A stretch of DNA of 64,000 bases from assembly GCA_031414955.1 (NCBI GenBank), contig JANOQV010000242.1:35459-99458 (forward strand), given 5' to 3'. The translations under genes were made by a program, and so were the position numbers. Below, in pieces: positions 1 through 9,091 of this stretch (positions are counted from its first letter, which is position 1; each line of letters begins with the position of its first letter). This DNA is from Pedosphaera sp. GTDB taxonomy: Bacteria > Verrucomicrobiota > Verrucomicrobiia > Limisphaerales > SIBH01. Under the pieces are notes generated by a model. The model worked only from the letters and a program-made list of their open reading frames with translations, was not told the origin of the DNA and did not search any database.

Positions 1-2
1 CG

Positions 3-1136
3 TTCCCGACCGCCATTGTCTTCGGACAGGGCGCGGGCGCGGAACTCCCCGCGCGGCTCCGGCAAATGGGCGCGCGCCGTTCCCTCCTCGTCACGGACAA
101 GGCGCTGGCCCAGACCACGGCCTTCGATCTGCTGGCCGATCACCTTGGTCGCGCCAACCTGGGGAAGACCTGGGAGTTGTTCGACGGCGTGCATCCGAAC
201 CCCAGCGAATCGGACGTGGGGGCGGCGGCCCAGGCCTTTCGCGAAGCCAGGTGTGACACCGTGATTGCCTTCGGCGGGGGCAGCGCCATGGACGTGGGGA
301 AAGCCATGCGGCTGCTGGTGAAACGTCCCGAGCTCAAGCTCAAGGATTTCAAATTCAACGACGACTGGAACGGCCTGCCGCGCTGCGTGGCCATTCCCAC
401 CACGGCGGGAACCGGGAGCGAAGTCAGCCGCAGTGTCGTGCTCCAGCTCCACGACTCGCACCAGAAGACGGTGCTCTTTCTCCCGCGCCTGCTGCCCAAG
501 CTGGCCATCCTCGACCCGGATCTGACGCGTGACTTGCCGCCGCAGTTGACGGCCACCACCGGCCTGGGCGCCTTCGCGCACTGTGTCGAGGCCTTCACCT
601 CGCCCAATCTCAATCCGATGTGCGACGGCATCGCGCTGGAGGCGTTGCGGCTGATTGTCGAGGCGCTGCCCCGCGCCGTGGCGCACGGTCACGATGCCGA
701 CGCGCGAGGCAAAATGTTGCTCGCGGCGGCCATGGGCGGCGTGGCTTTCCAGAAAGCACTCGGCGCGACCCACGCGCTGGCCCATCCGTTGACAGCGCTG
801 GCCGGGATGCACTACGGCACGGCCAACGCCGTGCTGCTGCCGCACCTCATGCACTTCAACGCCCAGCGCAAGCCGGGCCTCTACCGGCGCGTGGGCCAGG
901 CCTGTGGCCTGGAGCTGGCTGGCGTGGCCGCCGAACTGGCTGATTTTCGCACCATCGAGTTCGTGCGGAAGTTCATCGGCGATCTCGGGGCCAAACACGC
1001 CCTGCACCAGTATGGAGTCCATGAAACGCAACTCGGCGCGCTGACCGATCAGGCCTTCGCGGATGAATCCCACCTGACCAATCCCGTGCCGGTCAATCGG
1101 GATGAGATCAGCGCTCTCTACCGCGCGGCTTACTGA
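3..1136 (+). CDS. Iron-containing (group III) alcohol dehydrogenase family protein, 5'-truncated by the window edge
   Basis: Frame is open from nt 3 (FPTAIVFGQGA). Motifs GGGSAMD, IPTTAGTGSE and HALAHPL are present. Confidence 0.9.
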   Translation, partial: FPTAIVFGQGAGAELPARLRQMGARRSLLVTDKALAQTTAFDLLADHLGRANLGKTWELFDGVHPNPSESDVGAAAQAFREARCDTVIAFGGGSAMDVGKAMRLLVKRPELKLKDFKFNDDWNGLPRCVAIPTTAGTGSEVSRSVVLQLHDSHQKTVLFLPRLLPKLAILDPDLTRDLPPQLTATTGLGAFAHCVEAFTSPNLNPMCDGIALEALRLIVEALPRAVAHGHDADARGKMLLAAAMGGVAFQKALGATHALAHPLTALAGMHYGTANAVLLPHLMHFNAQRKPGLYRRVGQACGLELAGVAAELADFRTIEFVRKFIGDLGAKHALHQYGVHETQLGALTDQAFADESHLTNPVPVNRDEISALYRAAY

Positions 1137-1145
1137 CCAAGCTCC

Positions 1146-2720
1146 GTGGAGGAGTCCGATCACGACATGAGCCGAAAGCACTTTTATGGTCGTTGGGCGT
1201 TCCGTCTGGCCGCGCTGGGCCTCGTCGCGGCGGTGATCTGGGTCTGGCTGTTCATCGAGAAACAGCGCCAGGACAAATGGATCTTCACGGCGGGAATCGG
1301 CCTGGTGGCCTGGGCGGGTTTTCTGATCTGGGTTCTTCTCCTCTCCCGTTGGCGGGCGCGGGCGCGCTGGTCGGTCTTCCTCGGCACCATGGCTCTCGTG
1401 ATCTTTTGCCGCCTGGGACTGCGCATCAGCGGGGTGACGGGTGATTTGCTGCCCATTGTCGAAGGGCGCTGGACCAAGAGCGCGGCGGTGTCAGCGACGC
1501 AGATTGTGAAGTCCGCACCGGCGGAACCCGCCGCCCTCACGAACCGCTATCCGCAATTCCTCGGGCCGGATCGTAACGGAGTGCTGTCGGGACCGCAGCT
1601 CGCGCGCGACTGGAAGCTGTCCGCGCCCGTGGAACTCTGGCGGTGCGCGGTCGGTCCGGCCTGGTCGGGTTTTGCCCTGGAGGGTTCGCGCGCGGTCACG
1701 CAAGAGCAGCGCGGGGCGGAGGAACTCGTGGTGTGCCGCGAGTTGGCCACCGGACGCGAACTGTGGTCGCACTCGGATCGCTCGCGTTACGCCACGACCA
1801 TTGCCGGCGAAGGGCCGCGCGCCACCCCGACCATCGCCGGGGACCGCGTCTTCACGATGGGTGGGGCCGGCGTGCTGAACTGCCTCGACCTCGCCACCGG
1901 CCGCGTGATTTGGGGCACCAACACGATCCGGCAACTGGCCGCCGAAATTCCGGCCTGGGGCGTGGCCTGCTCGCCGCTCGTCACGGAGCACGCCGTCATC
2001 GTCACCGTGGGCGGCTCCTGGCACACGCTCGTGGCCTACGACCGGAACAATGGCGCGCGCCTTTGGGCGGCGGCGGCTGACGATCCAGAATTGGCCGGGG
2101 CGCACTGGAGTTCCCCGGTGCGCGCGGTGCTGGACGGCGTGCCGCAAATTCTCACCTTCAACCATTCCCTGGCGGCGCACGACGAGCGCACCGGCCGGGT
2201 GCTCTGGCACTCGCCCTGGCCCGGCAAGAATCCGCGCGTCTCCCTGCCGCTCGTGCTGCCGGGAGATCGCGTGCTGCTCTCGACGGGCTACGGCGTCGGC
2301 GCGGAGTTGTTGCAAGTGACGCAGGAGAACAATGGCTGGCGGGCCACGCGCCTTTGGAAATCGCTGCGCATGAAGTCGAAGTTCGGCCACTGCTTCGTCC
2401 TCGACGGTTTTCTCTACGGTCTGGACGACGGGGCGCTGGCCTGCGTGGACCTGACCGATGGAGGATTGAAGTGGAAGGGCGACCGCTATGGTCACGGCCA
2501 GATGATGCTCGTGGGCGGTTTGCTGCTGCTCATGGCCGAGAGCGGCGAGATGGTGCTGCTCGAACCGAGTCCGGCCGGGCCGCGCGAATTGTCCCGGTTC
2601 AAGGTGTTCAAGACCAAGACCTGGAATCCACCCGCCCTTGCCGGCGATTTGCTCGTGGTGCGAAACGACCGCGAAGCCGCCGGCCTGCGCCTGCCGACCG
2701 TGGCGCGAGCCGTCCGCTGA
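1146..2720 (+). CDS. Membrane-anchored PQQ-binding-like (BamB-like) beta-propeller protein
   Basis: Three N-terminal TM segments, then YPQFLGPDRNG, GPRATP and repeated CLDLATGRVIW-type propeller blades. True start may be the ATG at 1167. Confidence 0.85.
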   Translation: MEESDHDMSRKHFYGRWAFRLAALGLVAAVIWVWLFIEKQRQDKWIFTAGIGLVAWAGFLIWVLLLSRWRARARWSVFLGTMALVIFCRLGLRISGVTGDLLPIVEGRWTKSAAVSATQIVKSAPAEPAALTNRYPQFLGPDRNGVLSGPQLARDWKLSAPVELWRCAVGPAWSGFALEGSRAVTQEQRGAEELVVCRELATGRELWSHSDRSRYATTIAGEGPRATPTIAGDRVFTMGGAGVLNCLDLATGRVIWGTNTIRQLAAEIPAWGVACSPLVTEHAVIVTVGGSWHTLVAYDRNNGARLWAAAADDPELAGAHWSSPVRAVLDGVPQILTFNHSLAAHDERTGRVLWHSPWPGKNPRVSLPLVLPGDRVLLSTGYGVGAELLQVTQENNGWRATRLWKSLRMKSKFGHCFVLDGFLYGLDDGALACVDLTDGGLKWKGDRYGHGQMMLVGGLLLLMAESGEMVLLEPSPAGPRELSRFKVFKTKTWNPPALAGDLLVVRNDREAAGLRLPTVARAVR

Positions 2721-2926
2721 TCCCGGAGCGCGTCCGGGCCGCGGTTGATGCTGTGCAACGGGGATTGTGTTCGTATTACGATTCGTCCTGTGCGATTCTC
2801 CCGCCATCCACGATTTGCAAAAGCTCATCCAATTGCTGCGCGGAGCGGGAAGCAGCACGGCTGTTGTGGCCACAACCCGCAGCGAGATGCGAAGCGAACG
2901 AGCGGAATCACTGAAGAATAACAATT

Positions 2927-5900
2927 ATGCGTTTGAACAAACTTGGGTGTGGGTGGCTTTTGCTGGCAGCGGTGTTGCCGCTCCAGGCGGCAACGATCAA
3001 CTACATCGACTACGGCAGCCTTTGGCCGTACCGGATTGGAACCAATGAAGCTTCCGCACCGACTTACGACTGGCGCACCAACTTGAACCTCAACACCGGC
3101 TGGAGCGCGCCCGTGGTCACGGCCATCGGCTACGGCAGTCCCGTTCCGGCGACGGTCATCCCGGGCAGCGCCACGACCACGCCCACATGGCTCTGCATCT
3201 TCATGCGCAAAACCTTTGTCGTGGCCAATCCATCGAACCTCTCGGACCTGACGCTCTCCATCAACATTGATGATGGCTACGTGGTGTGGATCAACGGCAC
3301 GGAAGTGGGGCGCACCAACATGCCCGCCGGTGAACCGACCATCGCCAGCGCCGCCCTGGTCGCGGGGGAGCCAGTCATCCAGGGGCATTTGATTCCGACC
3401 GGCGTGCTGCGGACCGGGACGAACGTCATCGCCATCCAGTCCTTCAACGCCAACACCACCAGTTCCGATCACTACGTGGACGTGCGTCTGGTGGGGACGA
3501 TTGACGACGTGGCTCCAGCCGTCGCGTATCAGCTTCCGTATGCCGGCTCCACCGTTCCTTCGTTGACCCAGATCGAAGTTGATTTCACGGAAAACGTAAC
3601 GGGCGTCAACGCGGCTGATTTGCTGATCAATGGCAGTCCGGCGACCAACGTCACCACGTTCAGCGGTTCAGCGTATGTGTTTCGCTTTCCGCCGCCGGCG
3701 AACGGGCTGGTCTCGGTGCAGTTCATCGGAGGCTCTGGCATTCAGGATTTCGCGGCCCCGCCCAACGTCTTCGCGGGCGCGAGTTGGAACTACACGGTGG
3801 ACCCGAACGTGGTCATCTCCCAGGACGTCCGGCTCAACGAGTTCGTGGCCATCAACGTCACCGGCCTGCGCGACGAGGACAACGAATACAACGACTGGGT
3901 GGAACTGCGAAACCTGAGCACGAACCTGGTCAGCCTGGCCGGCTGGTCGTTGAGCGACGATGCGGGCACTCCGGACAAATGGGTTTTCCCGGCGGTAACG
4001 ATGCAGCCGAGCGGCTATCTGGTGGTGTTTTGTTCGGCCAAGGACCGCAAGCCGACCGCGCCGAACGCCAGGCTGCACACGAATTTCAAGCTGGAGTCGG
4101 AAGGCGGATTCATCGGCCTCTACAATTCTGAAACGCCGCGCCTGTTGATCTCCTCGTTTGCCTCGTACCCGAACCAGCGCCGCGATTATTCGTACGGCTA
4201 CGATCCGGTCGGGCAGTTGCGATACTTCACGCCGCCCACGCCTGGCTCGAACAATCCGCCTAGCAACATCACGGGTCTGGTGGCGGACACGAAATTCAGC
4301 CACGACCGAGGCTTCTACGATACAAACTTTTCGCTTTCGATCACCTGCGCCACGCCGGGCGTGACCATCCGTTACACCCTCGACGGCAAGGCACCGACCA
4401 CGAACGTCGGTGTGACCTACAGCGGACCCATCGCCATCACGAACACGGCCGTGGTGCGCGCGTTCGCTTACGCCTCCGGCCTGCTGCCTTCGGACGTGGA
4501 CAGCCAGACCTATCTTTATGTCCGCACCGTGCCGAACCAGGCGACCAATGGCCAGGCTCCGGCCGGCTGGCCCGCGACCTGGGGCGGCAACGTGGTGGAT
4601 TACGGCATGGATCCGGACATCGTGAACGTGGCGCCGTGGAAGGACACGATCACCAACGACCTGAAGACCATCCCGAGTTTCTCGATCGTGGTGAACCTGG
4701 ATGATTTGTTCAGTGCGGGCACCGGCATCTACGCCAATCCGGGGCAGGATGGGCCGCTCTGGGAAAGGCCCGCCTCGATCGAATTGCTGAACCCGGACGG
4801 CGATCCAGGTTTTCAGATCAATTGCGGCATCCGGCTGCGCGGAGGTTTCAGCCGCAGCACCGACAATCCCAAACATGCCTTCCGCTTTTTCTTCCGCCAG
4901 GAGTATGGCGCCTCGAAGCTGAACTTCCCCTTTTTCGGGCCGACCGGCGCGAAGAGCTTCGACAAGTTCGATCTGCGCACCATGCAGAACTACTCGTGGA
5001 GCTTCGGCGGCGACGGCAACATGATGTGCCTGCGCGACGTGATGAGCCGCGACGCCCAGCTCGCCATGAACGGCCTCGGCACGCGCGGAAATTTCTACCA
5101 CCTCTACATCAACGGCATCTACTGGGGCCTCTACAACAGCGAGGAGCGGCCCGAGGCCGCCTTTGCCGAGAGCTACGTCGGCGGGCGCGAGGAGGACTAC
5201 GACACGATCAAACAGCTCGACGGCTACTTGAGCGGAGCGACCGATGGCAACACCGCGGCGTGGTACCGGCTCTGGGAGGCGGCGACCAACGGGTTCGTCT
5301 CCAACTCGAATTACTTCCGGGTCCAGGGCCGGAACGCCAACGGCACCATCAACACGAACTACGAGAACCTGGTCGATGTGCCCAACATGATCGAATACAT
5401 GCTGGTCATCCTTTACGGCGGCAATCTGGACGCGCCGATCTCGAACTTCCTCGGCAACGATTCGCCCAACAACTGGTACGGCTTCCGGGATCGCAGCGGG
5501 CAGAACGGCGGTTTTCGTTTCGTCTCCCACGACGCCGAGCACACGCTGCTCAATGTCGGCGAGGACCGGACGGGGATTTCCAACCTCGTGGAAACAATTC
5601 CTCCGAACACTTACGGCGCCATCAGGGAAGACTGGACGTGCGGCAATCCGCTCACCCAGGCCGGCGGCGCGGCTGCGGCGCAACAACGGTCCACCCCGCA
5701 ATACATCTGGTTCCGCATGCACCAGAATCCCGAGTTCCGCATCCTCGCGGCGGACCGCATCTTCAAGCATTGCTTCAATGGCGGTCCGCTCTCTGTCCCG
5801 GGAGTGCGCTCCCTGTTCCTGGCCCGCAGCAATGAAATCGAGCGGGCCATCGTCGCCGAGTCGGCCCGTTGGGGCGACTCGAAGGTCGCTTCCCCCTTCA

Positions 5901-8857
5901 CGCGCAACAACTGGCTTTCGGCGATGAACAATGCGGCCAACTTCCTCAGTGGCCGCACCGCCGTTCTGATCAGCCAGCTCCAGGCCGACGGTCTTTACCC
6001 GAGCATCACTCCGCCGGCGTTCAACGCCACCAACGGCGCCGTCGCCAGCGGCTTCGTCTTCCGCATGACCAACAGCAATCCCTCCAGCACGATTTACTAC
6101 ACTCTGGACGGCAGCGATCCGCGGTTGATCGGCGGCGCGGTCGCGCCTTCTGCGGTTGCCTATTCCGGCCCGATCACGGTCAACACCATCACCACTTTTC
6201 GCACCCGGGTCCTCTCCGGCGGCGTCTGGAGCGCGCTCAACGAGGTGACGCTCTATCCGCCACAGGATTTGAGCAAACTGCTCGTCACGGAAATCATGTA
6301 TCATCCGCCCGCCATCGGTCTGACGGATGGCGACGACTTCGAGTTCCTGGAATTGAAGAACACAGGGACGAACGCGCTCGGTCTCGCCGGGATGACCTTC
6401 AGTGGCATCACGTTCACTTTTCCTGCCGGCGCGACGCTGGCTCCGGGCCAGTTTTATGTGTTGGCGGGTAACGCCGCCTTCACCAGCAAGTATCCCGGTG
6501 TCACCGTGAATGGCACCTACAGCGGGCGGCTCGCCAACAGCGGTGAGACGATCGGCCTCTTCCATCCGCTCGGCGCGCAAGTGTGGTCGGTCACGTTTGG
6601 CGATCTGACGCCCTGGCCGGTGACGCCGGACGGCTTTGACTTCTCGCTCGTGCCAGTGAACCCGAACGCGAATCCGGAGTACAACGACCCGGCGAACTGG
6701 CGCGCGAGCAGCAACCTGGGCGGCTCGCCCGGCGCGGACGATCCGGCCTTCACCGTTCCGCCCATTCTCATCAATGAAATCCTGACCCACACCGAAACGA
6801 ACATCGACTTCATCGAGCTGTTCAATCCCACCACCAACCTCGTGGACATCGGCGGCTGGTTCCTGACTGATGACCCGGCGGTGCCGAAGAAATATCGCCT
6901 CCCGGACGCGACCTTCATCAATCCGCTCGGCTACGTGGTGTTTGATGAAACGCACTTCAACGCCACCCCCGGCACCAACAACAGCTTCTCGCTCAACGCC
7001 CACGGCGATGACGTGTATCTGTTCTCCGGCAACGCGAGCACCAACCTCACCGGCTACGATCACGGGTTCAGCTTTGAGGCGGCGGCGGATGAGGAAACTT
7101 TCGGACGGTACGTCATCAGCACGGGCGAAGCGCAGTTCCCGGCGCAGATCACGCCGACGCCCGGCGCAGCCAATGCCGGCCCGCGCATCGGCCCGCTGGT
7201 CATCAACGAAATTCATTACAATCCGGCCGTGCCGCAACTGGAGTTCATCGAACTGCTGAACATCAGCAGCAATGCCGTGCTGCTGTTTGATGTGACGTGG
7301 CCGACCAACACCTGGCGCTTGAACGGACTCGGCTACACCTTCCCGACCAACCTCACGGTGCCGGCCGGCGGCTTCCTGCTCCTCGTGCCCACGAATGTGG
7401 CGGCGTTCACGAATCAATACGCGGTGCCGGCGGGCGTGCAGATTCTGCCGCCCTTTGCCGGCAACTTGCAGGACAGCGGCGAACGCCTGGAGTTGCAGCA
7501 ACCCGACACGACCGGCACGAACGGCGTCGGCTACATCACCATTGATGCCGTGCGGTACAACGACCGCGCCCCGTGGCCGCCGGCCGCCGATGGCAGCGGG
7601 CCTTCGTTGCAAAAGCGTCTGCCCAGCCTCTATGGCAACGAGCCGTTGAATTGGAAGGCCGCCGCGCCCACGCCCGGCTCGGATTCCGTCGGCGGCGATG
7701 AGCCGGTCATCATCGCGCAACCGCAAAGCCAGAGCGTGGTGCTGGGTTCCAACGCCGCCTTTAGTATCACCGTCACCGGCACGCCGCCCTTTCAGTATGT
7801 CTGGCGTTTCAATGGCACCAACCTGCCGGGAGCCTTCGACTCCACGCTGTTGCTCACTGCCGTCCAGTCGAACCAGGCCGGCCTTTACAGCGTGAATGTG
7901 CTCAATCCCGCCGGCTTCGTGACCAGCTCGAACGCGACGCTGGTCATCGTCAATCCTGTCACGTTCACCATCCAGCCCTTGAACACGAACGTGTTCTCCG
8001 GCACCAATGCGACCCTCACCAGCCTGGCCGTCGGCAGCGGCGTGGTGCGCTATCAATGGCGCTTCGAGGGCACCAATATTCCCAATGCGACCAACACGAG
8101 TCTCACTCTCTCCAATATCTCGACCGCCCAGCACGGCAACTATTCCGTGGTGGCCATCGACAACGTGAGCACGGCCATCAGCTCGAACGCGTTTGTCTTC
8201 GTGCTGGTCAAGCCGGGGATCATCGTCGCGCCGCTGCCGCAAACAGTGTTGCAAGGAGGGACCGCGATTTTCAGTTGTGTCGCCACGGGCCAGCCGCCGC
8301 TGTTCTACCGGTGGCTGAGCAACAACGCGCTCTACCTGGTCAGCACTTCCTCCGTCCTCGTGCTGACCAATGTGCAGCCGCGCACGCCGGCGGCGGTGTT
8401 CCGGGTGATTGTCACCAACACGGCCGGCTCGACCACGGCCTCGGCCAGCACCAACGTCGCACTGACCGTGCTGCCGGACTTCGACCGCGACGGCATGGCC
8501 GACGCCTGGGAATTCCAATATGGATTCAACACCAACAATGTGGGCGATGCGCTGCTCGACTTCGACGGCGACCATGTAATCAACCGGGATGAATATGTGT
8601 CGGGGACCATTCCGACCAACGAACTGAGTTATTTGAAAGTGATCATCTCCGAGACCAACGCGACGGAGCTGAACTTCATCGCCCAGTCGAACATCAGCTA
8701 CACGGTGCAATGGCAGGGCAGCCTAGGCGCGTCCGGCTGGAACCACTTCACCAATATCCCGGCGCTGCCGCTGGTGCGGACCATTGTGGTGAACATGGGT
8801 GCGGCTCCGGCCTCGCCCCTGCGATTTTTCCGGGTCGTGACGCCGCTGTTGCAATAG
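2927..8857 (+). CDS. Giant secreted multidomain protein: lamin-tail domains, chitobiase/FN3-associated domains, CotH kinase domain, Ig-like repeats, TSP3-like Ca-binding motif
   Basis: Signal peptide; LTD motifs (LNEFVA..DWVEL, VTEIMYHP, INEIL, INEIHYNP); IRYTLDG motifs; CotH-like core (GIRLRGG, HLYINGIYWGLY, ESARWGD); I-set-like QPQSQSV..YVWRFNG repeats; DFDRDGMADAWE. Confidence 0.85.
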   Translation: MRLNKLGCGWLLLAAVLPLQAATINYIDYGSLWPYRIGTNEASAPTYDWRTNLNLNTGWSAPVVTAIGYGSPVPATVIPGSATTTPTWLCIFMRKTFVVANPSNLSDLTLSINIDDGYVVWINGTEVGRTNMPAGEPTIASAALVAGEPVIQGHLIPTGVLRTGTNVIAIQSFNANTTSSDHYVDVRLVGTIDDVAPAVAYQLPYAGSTVPSLTQIEVDFTENVTGVNAADLLINGSPATNVTTFSGSAYVFRFPPPANGLVSVQFIGGSGIQDFAAPPNVFAGASWNYTVDPNVVISQDVRLNEFVAINVTGLRDEDNEYNDWVELRNLSTNLVSLAGWSLSDDAGTPDKWVFPAVTMQPSGYLVVFCSAKDRKPTAPNARLHTNFKLESEGGFIGLYNSETPRLLISSFASYPNQRRDYSYGYDPVGQLRYFTPPTPGSNNPPSNITGLVADTKFSHDRGFYDTNFSLSITCATPGVTIRYTLDGKAPTTNVGVTYSGPIAITNTAVVRAFAYASGLLPSDVDSQTYLYVRTVPNQATNGQAPAGWPATWGGNVVDYGMDPDIVNVAPWKDTITNDLKTIPSFSIVVNLDDLFSAGTGIYANPGQDGPLWERPASIELLNPDGDPGFQINCGIRLRGGFSRSTDNPKHAFRFFFRQEYGASKLNFPFFGPTGAKSFDKFDLRTMQNYSWSFGGDGNMMCLRDVMSRDAQLAMNGLGTRGNFYHLYINGIYWGLYNSEERPEAAFAESYVGGREEDYDTIKQLDGYLSGATDGNTAAWYRLWEAATNGFVSNSNYFRVQGRNANGTINTNYENLVDVPNMIEYMLVILYGGNLDAPISNFLGNDSPNNWYGFRDRSGQNGGFRFVSHDAEHTLLNVGEDRTGISNLVETIPPNTYGAIREDWTCGNPLTQAGGAAAAQQRSTPQYIWFRMHQNPEFRILAADRIFKHCFNGGPLSVPGVRSLFLARSNEIERAIVAESARWGDSKVASPFTRNNWLSAMNNAANFLSGRTAVLISQLQADGLYPSITPPAFNATNGAVASGFVFRMTNSNPSSTIYYTLDGSDPRLIGGAVAPSAVAYSGPITVNTITTFRTRVLSGGVWSALNEVTLYPPQDLSKLLVTEIMYHPPAIGLTDGDDFEFLELKNTGTNALGLAGMTFSGITFTFPAGATLAPGQFYVLAGNAAFTSKYPGVTVNGTYSGRLANSGETIGLFHPLGAQVWSVTFGDLTPWPVTPDGFDFSLVPVNPNANPEYNDPANWRASSNLGGSPGADDPAFTVPPILINEILTHTETNIDFIELFNPTTNLVDIGGWFLTDDPAVPKKYRLPDATFINPLGYVVFDETHFNATPGTNNSFSLNAHGDDVYLFSGNASTNLTGYDHGFSFEAAADEETFGRYVISTGEAQFPAQITPTPGAANAGPRIGPLVINEIHYNPAVPQLEFIELLNISSNAVLLFDVTWPTNTWRLNGLGYTFPTNLTVPAGGFLLLVPTNVAAFTNQYAVPAGVQILPPFAGNLQDSGERLELQQPDTTGTNGVGYITIDAVRYNDRAPWPPAADGSGPSLQKRLPSLYGNEPLNWKAAAPTPGSDSVGGDEPVIIAQPQSQSVVLGSNAAFSITVTGTPPFQYVWRFNGTNLPGAFDSTLLLTAVQSNQAGLYSVNVLNPAGFVTSSNATLVIVNPVTFTIQPLNTNVFSGTNATLTSLAVGSGVVRYQWRFEGTNIPNATNTSLTLSNISTAQHGNYSVVAIDNVSTAISSNAFVFVLVKPGIIVAPLPQTVLQGGTAIFSCVATGQPPLFYRWLSNNALYLVSTSSVLVLTNVQPRTPAAVFRVIVTNTAGSTTASASTNVALTVLPDFDRDGMADAWEFQYGFNTNNVGDALLDFDGDHVINRDEYVSGTIPTNELSYLKVIISETNATELNFIAQSNISYTVQWQGSLGASGWNHFTNIPALPLVRTIVVNMGAAPASPLRFFRVVTPLLQ

Positions 8858-9091
8858 CCGCCCGGCGTGGGTGGTCCTGGTCCGACTCGTTACGCTCTCG
8901 GGGCGGGGCCGGGTTTGGATCTCAACCGATTACCCCGTTTGGCTGGCCGCCAGAAAACGGCGACTGGAGGGGAAAGACGCGACCCCATGAGTGCCGACAC
9001 ATCCGGACAAGCCAGGGGCGACAATGGCCAAGCAAGGCTTGGTGCGAATAAGTCGGCGGCTGGGAAAGTCTGCCTTTCCCGGTTCTAAACT

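Noticed and set aside
3668..8710. 1680-aa antisense ORF, and similar long antisense ORFs (e.g. 10901-12283, 22371-24092, 37369-38712, 40165-41787, 55543-57435)
   Set aside because: These are shadow frames opposite well-supported genes. High GC3 codon bias suppresses stops on the antisense strand, and the translations have no recognisable motifs.
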